Positions 58,857-63,987 of a stretch of 63,987 bases of DNA are shown here, piece by piece (position 1 is the first letter of the stretch; each line of letters opens with the position of its first letter). Origin of the DNA: a virus (Duplodnaviria > Caudoviricetes). The stretch spans positions 1 through 63,987 of the IMG/VR virus record IMGVR_UViG_3300030419_004603. The stretch is one strand, 5' to 3'. A program made the translations under genes and the position numbers. The notes under the pieces are model-generated. The model ran no database searches. It was not told where the DNA came from and saw nothing but the letters and a program-made list of their open reading frames with translations.

Positions 58857-59698
58857 AAATAGGGGTTATAGGTCAAGGTTATGTAGGAAGTGCCATAAAA
58901 ATTGGTTTGGAATCTTACTATGATTTAGAAACATATGATAAGTATAGTGAAGAAAAAAGCACTATGCAACTTGCCGATATGGTTGAGTCTTGTGAAGTAA
59001 TTTTTGTTTGTGTACCAACACCAATGAATAAAAATGGAAGTTGTAATATTGATGTGGTCGAGGGTGTTATAAAACAAATAAATACATTATTAACAGATTG
59101 GAAAAGTGATAAGAAACCAATAGTCGTAATCAAATCTACCGTACCACCGGGTACAACAGAGAAACTACATAAAAAATTCAAGAAGGTAAATGTAATTTTT
59201 AATCCTGAATTCTTAACTGAGGCAAACTTCATTGAGGATTTTAAAAATCAAACTCGTATAATTTTAGGTGGAACGAGAAATGGGACAAATAAATTAAGAC
59301 AAATTTACAATAAAGTGTTTCCAACAGCCCACATAATAAAGACTCACTCTACCATTGCGGAACTTGTAAAGTACATGACTAACTCATATTTAGCAACAAA
59401 GGTATCATTTGCAAACGAAATGTATTCTATATGTGAGAAATTTAATATGGATTATGATAAAGTCGTGGAATATGCCACACTTGATGAAAGATTAGGAGTG
59501 ACTCATTGGTCTGTGCCAGGACCTGATGGTGATTTTGGATTTGGTGGACATTGTTTTCCAAAAGATTTAAATGCATTAATTAGTGTCGCTGATAAATTTG
59601 ATTTGGATGTGGATGTGTTAAGGTCTGTATTGAATACCAATGATAAAGTGAGAAAAGATAGAGATTGGGAAAAGATGAAAGGAAGGGCAGTCGTATGA
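58853..59698 (+). CDS. ugd: UDP-glucose/GDP-mannose 6-dehydrogenase family, short form
   Basis: GQGYVG, VCVPTP, IKSTVPPGTT, NPEFL, AELVKY, GFGGHCFPKD; C-terminal domain absent. Confidence 0.87.
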   Translation: MKIGVIGQGYVGSAIKIGLESYYDLETYDKYSEEKSTMQLADMVESCEVIFVCVPTPMNKNGSCNIDVVEGVIKQINTLLTDWKSDKKPIVVIKSTVPPGTTEKLHKKFKKVNVIFNPEFLTEANFIEDFKNQTRIILGGTRNGTNKLRQIYNKVFPTAHIIKTHSTIAELVKYMTNSYLATKVSFANEMYSICEKFNMDYDKVVEYATLDERLGVTHWSVPGPDGDFGFGGHCFPKDLNALISVADKFDLDVDVLRSVLNTNDKVRKDRDWEKMKGRAVV

Positions 59699-60606
59699 AG
59701 ATAGCATTTTTCTCTGAAACAGGTAATAATCAAAAGTATCCACGAGACTTTCCAAACGCAAGAACCGAAGTTGCTTGGTGTTTAGCATTAGACGCTCCAA
59801 TGTGTAGTTTAACAAATCTACCAAGTGAGAGTTTCGATTTAGGAATCGTTATCATACCCAAGAATAATCCCAACATAGATTTAAACCACATCAGAAAAGT
59901 ATGTGATAAAGTTACGATAATGCAAGAAGGGCCACATTGGTATTTTCAAGATTACGAACTACCAAAACAATTTCATTACTATAATAATTTACTTGAAGCA
60001 GATTGGGTATATTGTCATAATGAGTCAGATGTGAGTTACTATAAAGGGTTGGGTTGTAAAGATGTAAGGGTGATGAGAAGTCTTATGCTACCTGATGGAT
60101 TGATTCCAAGAAATGAATGGGGTGACGCAACAATCATCGGTGGGAACATGGTGAGTTGGTATGGTGGTTTCGATTCATTTGTTGTGGCAAGACAGATAGG
60201 TGACCCGATAGTAGCACCATCGATGGGAAGAAAGCAAAAATTAGAGGATTCTATTGAAGAAATAAACTATTTACCTTATATGAGTTGGAGAGATTGGATA
60301 ATGAGTCTATCTCAATTCAATATAGGTATACATCTGATGAGAACACATGCCGCTGGTACATTCGCTATGAATTGTGGGTTTCACGGAATACCTTGTATTG
60401 GTTATAAAGGATTGGACACACAACAATTAATATTTCCAAATACTACAATAGAAATAGGTGACTTAGATGGGGCTGTTGAGATAGCAAAGAAACTCAAAAC
60501 TGATGATAAATTTTATGATGAGTGTAGTAAAGAAGCCCTATATAGATTTAGTGAATACTATACAGAAGAGAAATGGTTAGAAAATTGGAGAGTTATTAAT
60601 GGATGA
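59695..60606 (+). CDS. putative GT-B glycosyltransferase
   Basis: QEGP, AGTFAMNCGFHGIPCIGY C-terminal GT-B-like segment. Confidence 0.6.
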   Translation: MKIAFFSETGNNQKYPRDFPNARTEVAWCLALDAPMCSLTNLPSESFDLGIVIIPKNNPNIDLNHIRKVCDKVTIMQEGPHWYFQDYELPKQFHYYNNLLEADWVYCHNESDVSYYKGLGCKDVRVMRSLMLPDGLIPRNEWGDATIIGGNMVSWYGGFDSFVVARQIGDPIVAPSMGRKQKLEDSIEEINYLPYMSWRDWIMSLSQFNIGIHLMRTHAAGTFAMNCGFHGIPCIGYKGLDTQQLIFPNTTIEIGDLDGAVEIAKKLKTDDKFYDECSKEALYRFSEYYTEEKWLENWRVING

Positions 60607-61816
60607 CAGAAAAATAAGTTTCATACAACCATCACGAAATAATAAAAAATATTTAGAGTGGTCTTATAAAAGTATCAGAAGAAACTTAGGTCCTGACCAC
60701 GAGATTTGTTGGGCTGATGATTTCTCTGATGATGGAACTTGGGAGTGGATGAATAGTGTTTGTTTTTTAGACCCAAATGTTAAGATACATCGTAACGAAG
60801 GGCCAACAAGATTAGGACACACAATACTATACGATACATTAGTGGATATGGCTACAAATGATATCGTGATGATATACCACGCAGATATGTACGCTTGTCC
60901 TGATATGGATAAGGAAGTATTAAAACATTTGGAACGAGGTAAGGTAGTAAGTGCAACACGAATAGAACCACCACTACATCCTGACGGGCCAGAAAAAGTA
61001 TTAAAAGACTTCGGTATAGAACCTGAAGAGTTTGATGAGTTAGGATTATTACAATGTGTTAGTCAATTAAAGAGTGAAGATAAACCCATGACAAATGGAA
61101 TCTTTGCTCCGTGGGCAATATATAAGGATGACTTCCTATCTATTGGTGGACATGACCCATTATACGCCCCACAATCAAAAGAGGACTCGGACATTTTCAA
61201 CAGATTCGTTTTGAATGGTTACGAATTAATACAGACTTGGAAAGGTTTTGTTTATCATATGACTTGTAGGGGTAGTAGATTTGCTGATGGAGCAAAGAGA
61301 AATCCTGATGGTCAAGTCTTCATGAAGAACAGAGAAACCGATGAGTGGTTGAAACAGAATCAAAGGTCAACTCGTAATTTTATTCGTAAATGGGGACATA
61401 TGGTAAAACACGATTCCCTACTACATCCAATCATTCCACCAAAATACGATGTAGGGTTTGTCGTTGAGAACTGTAATGTTAATTTATTACGAGAAATTGA
61501 ACCTTGGTGTTCTGATGTCTATGGAGATTGGGTCGGACATAAAGGATTTGGAGTAAACAATTATGTCAAAGAGGAACAACCAAATACTCGATTCGACTTA
61601 TCAACTAAAATACACTCAGACCACATTGAACCAACAAATGATATAGTTGTCAAGTTTGATGCAAGTAAACTGAATAATGAGAACTTTAAAATATTAGTAG
61701 AGTTATCATCCATACTTAAAGAAAGTGGTGAAGTTGGTGAGATGGAATATGATATATTCAAATTTAATATTAAGAAATTAGACACATATGAAAAGGAGTT
61801 AATAAATGTCGTATAA
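60599..61816 (+). CDS. GT2 glycosyltransferase
   Basis: ADDFSDDGT, YHADMY, IGGHD..EDSDIFNR, VYH. Confidence 0.85.
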   Translation: MDDRKISFIQPSRNNKKYLEWSYKSIRRNLGPDHEICWADDFSDDGTWEWMNSVCFLDPNVKIHRNEGPTRLGHTILYDTLVDMATNDIVMIYHADMYACPDMDKEVLKHLERGKVVSATRIEPPLHPDGPEKVLKDFGIEPEEFDELGLLQCVSQLKSEDKPMTNGIFAPWAIYKDDFLSIGGHDPLYAPQSKEDSDIFNRFVLNGYELIQTWKGFVYHMTCRGSRFADGAKRNPDGQVFMKNRETDEWLKQNQRSTRNFIRKWGHMVKHDSLLHPIIPPKYDVGFVVENCNVNLLREIEPWCSDVYGDWVGHKGFGVNNYVKEEQPNTRFDLSTKIHSDHIEPTNDIVVKFDASKLNNENFKILVELSSILKESGEVGEMEYDIFKFNIKKLDTYEKELINVV

Positions 61817-62321
61817 AGATTTTATAAAAGAAGTACCTGACTTCCCAATTGAGGGAGTAAATTTTAAAGACATATCACCACTATTGGCTGACCAAGAAAC
61901 ATTTAGGTCAGCACTTGTAGATATGGGTGGACATTTTGATGATGACCTACCTAATTATTGGATTGGTATAGATTCACGAGGATATTTATTTTCTGCAGGA
62001 TTAGGAACATACTTTGGTGGTGGTGTTGTATGTGCAAGAAAGGAAGGAAAGACAGCGGGTGATAAGGTATCACTTAGTTATGATTTGGAATATGGAAGTG
62101 CGACATTAGAATTACAGCCTTGGAGTGGCCCAATTGGTAAAAATAAAGTTGTGATTGTTGATGATGTGTTGGCAACTGGTGGGACACTCAAAGCTACTAA
62201 TGAATTAGCAGAAACTGCAGGTTATGAGGTAATAGGTAATTTGGTATTAGTGGATTTAAAATTTGTTCCGAGAGTAAAAGATTTTAATTTAAATGTAAGG
62301 AGTGTAATACAATATGATTAG
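61806..62321 (+). CDS. apt: adenine phosphoribosyltransferase
   Basis: VPDFPIEGVNFKDISPLL, DSRGY, ARKEGK, YDLEYG, IVDDVLATGGT. Confidence 0.92.
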   Translation: MSYKDFIKEVPDFPIEGVNFKDISPLLADQETFRSALVDMGGHFDDDLPNYWIGIDSRGYLFSAGLGTYFGGGVVCARKEGKTAGDKVSLSYDLEYGSATLELQPWSGPIGKNKVVIVDDVLATGGTLKATNELAETAGYEVIGNLVLVDLKFVPRVKDFNLNVRSVIQYD

Positions 62322-63267
62322 AACGGCAGAATTCGTATCACCAGGACATCCTGATAAGATATGTGACCAAATATCAGATAAGATTTTGGATATTTGTTTA
62401 GAACAAGATTCTGAATCAAGGGTAGCAATAGAAACGGCAGGTGGTCATGGTTCAGTTCATTTGACTGGTGAGATAACCACAAACGCTGAGTTAGACTACG
62501 AATCAATAGTAAAAGAGGTGAGTGGTATTGAAAGGGTTACTCACAACATAGTAAAACAATCTAACTTTATCAAACAAGGTGTTGATATTGGTGGAGCAGG
62601 TGACCAAGGTATTATGGTTGGTTATGCATGTGATGAGAATGACCAATATGTTCCACAGGAATATTATATAGCGAGGGATTTATGTAGACATCTATATGAT
62701 AAATTCCCTTACGATGGTAAAACTCAAATCACAACAGATGACCATTGGATAACACACATCGTCACGAGTTTTCAAAATACAACTACTGATGAACTAAAAA
62801 CAGCAGTAAATGATTATATGGAATGGGAGACCGATGATATCAAAATCCATTGTAATCCAGCTGGGGATTGGACACAAGGTGGTTTCGATGCAGATGCTGG
62901 ATTGACTGGTAGAAAATTAGTCGTGGATAATTATGGGCCACGAGTACCAATTGGTGGTGGAGCATATAGTGGTAAAGACCCAAGTAAAGTTGATAGAAGT
63001 GCGGCATACATGGCAAGGTATATTGCTGTTAGTGAGATGAAGTCTAAGAGATTAGGTGAGTGTTGGGTTTACTTGAGTTATGCCATAGGTGAGAAAGAAC
63101 CACTACAGGCTACTGCGACAGATGGTAAAAAGATTTGGGATATATCTGATAAATACGATGTATATCCTAATGATATAATTGAATATTTAGATTTAAAGAA
63201 ACCAATATATTATGAAACCTCACAATGGGGAGCATATGGAAATGGTTTTAGTTGGGATTTATTATGA
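62314..63267 (+). CDS. metK: S-adenosylmethionine synthetase (compact, 317 aa)
   Basis: GHPDKICDQISD, GAGDQG, DGKTQ, DAGLTGRK, GGGAYSGKDPSKVDRSAAY. Confidence 0.95.
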   Translation: MIRTAEFVSPGHPDKICDQISDKILDICLEQDSESRVAIETAGGHGSVHLTGEITTNAELDYESIVKEVSGIERVTHNIVKQSNFIKQGVDIGGAGDQGIMVGYACDENDQYVPQEYYIARDLCRHLYDKFPYDGKTQITTDDHWITHIVTSFQNTTTDELKTAVNDYMEWETDDIKIHCNPAGDWTQGGFDADAGLTGRKLVVDNYGPRVPIGGGAYSGKDPSKVDRSAAYMARYIAVSEMKSKRLGECWVYLSYAIGEKEPLQATATDGKKIWDISDKYDVYPNDIIEYLDLKKPIYYETSQWGAYGNGFSWDLL

Positions 63268-63683
63268 GTAAAAGAAAAATGTGGAAAGATGCAGATGTAT
63301 CACTTCTGAAATCTTTACCAAACTTAGATGGTGAAAATCCATACGAATTAAAAATGAAACAACCTGAATTAACATTCTTGGGAGTATATGAACAACCTGA
63401 TTTCGCTACATTGTATATTTTAATGCACCCTAATGGTAAAATAGTTGAACTAAAATCTCTAAAGATATACCTACAACAATATAGGGATATTATAATATCG
63501 TATGAGAGATTGACAAATGTTATTTACGACCATATGATGGAAGTTTATTCACCACAAAGATTACGACTTGTATTGGATTGTATGCCACGAGGTGGTATAA
63601 TGTCAAGGGTTACTATTGATTCTGATTGGGGAGTAAAGGGTGGAGATGAAAAATACAATAGTTGGGGTGAAGATGTCTGGTAA
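63264..63683 (+). CDS. QueF-like T-fold protein lacking the canonical catalytic Cys
   Basis: PELTFLGVYEQPDFA, VELKSLKIYL (QueF motif), SYE, PRGGI. Confidence 0.78.
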   Translation: MSKRKMWKDADVSLLKSLPNLDGENPYELKMKQPELTFLGVYEQPDFATLYILMHPNGKIVELKSLKIYLQQYRDIIISYERLTNVIYDHMMEVYSPQRLRLVLDCMPRGGIMSRVTIDSDWGVKGGDEKYNSWGEDVW

Positions 63684-63987
63684 TGTTATCAAGGGAATTT
63701 TTAACAGAACGAGGTTATTGTTGTGGACATGGTTGTTTGATGTGTCCATACGAACCCAAACACACAAAAGGAAATACTAAATTAATGAGTGATTCATATG
63801 GTTCAGCAAAAGAGTTAGGTAAAAAAACACTTATAGTTTGTGCACTTGAAGTAGAAACACAAGGTTTATTGAAAGATTATGATGTTCTTTATACGGGTGT
63901 TGGTAAGGTTAATGCCACATTTGAACTCACAAGAAAGTTTGGTAAATATGGTAGTTACATTCCATACGATTCAGTAATCAATTATGG
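63683..63987 (+). CDS. mtnN: Cys-rich (DUF5522-like) peptide in frame with an MTA/SAH nucleosidase-like domain; runs off window end
   Basis: Not in the ORF track. Translated by hand from ATG 63683: MLSREFLTERGYCCGHGCLMCPYEPKHTKGNTKLMSDSYG..TLIVCALEVE..LYTGVGKVNAT..VINYG. Confidence 0.75.
   Translation, partial: MLSREFLTERGYCCGHGCLMCPYEPKHTKGNTKLMSDSYGSAKELGKKTLIVCALEVETQGLLKDYDVLYTGVGKVNATFELTRKFGKYGSYIPYDSVINY

Noticed and set aside
32651-61816. Cellular O-antigen/capsule locus or chimeric contig
   Set aside because: No wzx/wzy/wzm/wzt or initiating transferase; strand, gene coupling and GATC scarcity are continuous with the phage replication genes.
348-62506. The many 60-120 aa minus-strand and nested plus-strand ORFs in the track
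   Set aside because: They lie within or across well-supported plus-strand genes, lack motifs and look like shadow frames.
1-63987. Stop-codon reassignment as in some large phages
   Set aside because: Genes are full length in code 11, and TAG (2364, 34042, 42372, 55834) and TGA both end genes exactly at gene boundaries.
1-63987. tRNA, rRNA, IS elements or long repeats
   Set aside because: Intergenic gaps are all under about 80 nt, and no cloverleaf, transposase or tandem array was seen by eye; a tRNAscan/Infernal run would be needed to be sure.

Overview
An AT-rich, gene-dense, entirely plus-strand segment of a large T4-like dsDNA phage in the standard genetic code. The host is probably a marine Gram-negative bacterium; gene content points to the FCB group, but SD use and sigma70-type promoters argue against Bacteroidota proper (inference). 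Layout: (1) 1-16.5 kb replication core (RNase H/flap nuclease, helicase, B12-dependent class II RNR, PolB, clamp, clamp loader) with host-type genes (TonB-dependent receptor behind a predicted pseudoknot, glutamine synthetase II) and a four-gene candidate DNA-modification module between clamp and clamp loader, two of whose enzymes end in a C-terminal motif resembling that of the polymerase; (2) 17.6-27.9 kb cassette around a 910-aa ATP-grasp-like/Hint/Hint/Pro-rich protein with four 2OG-Fe(II) oxygenases, GNAT, sulfotransferase, SET, LplA-like ligase, porin-like and EamA genes; (3) 27.9-32.6 kb further core genes; (4) 32.6-61.8 kb glycosylation island (fucose, colitose, nonulosonic acid with a GT29, C-methyl sugar, carbamoyl/sulfo/methyl tailoring); (5) 61.8-64 kb apt-metK-QueF-like (no catalytic Cys)-nucleosidase module. 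No tRNA, rRNA, CRISPR or IS seen. All calls come from motifs recognised by eye; no searches were run.
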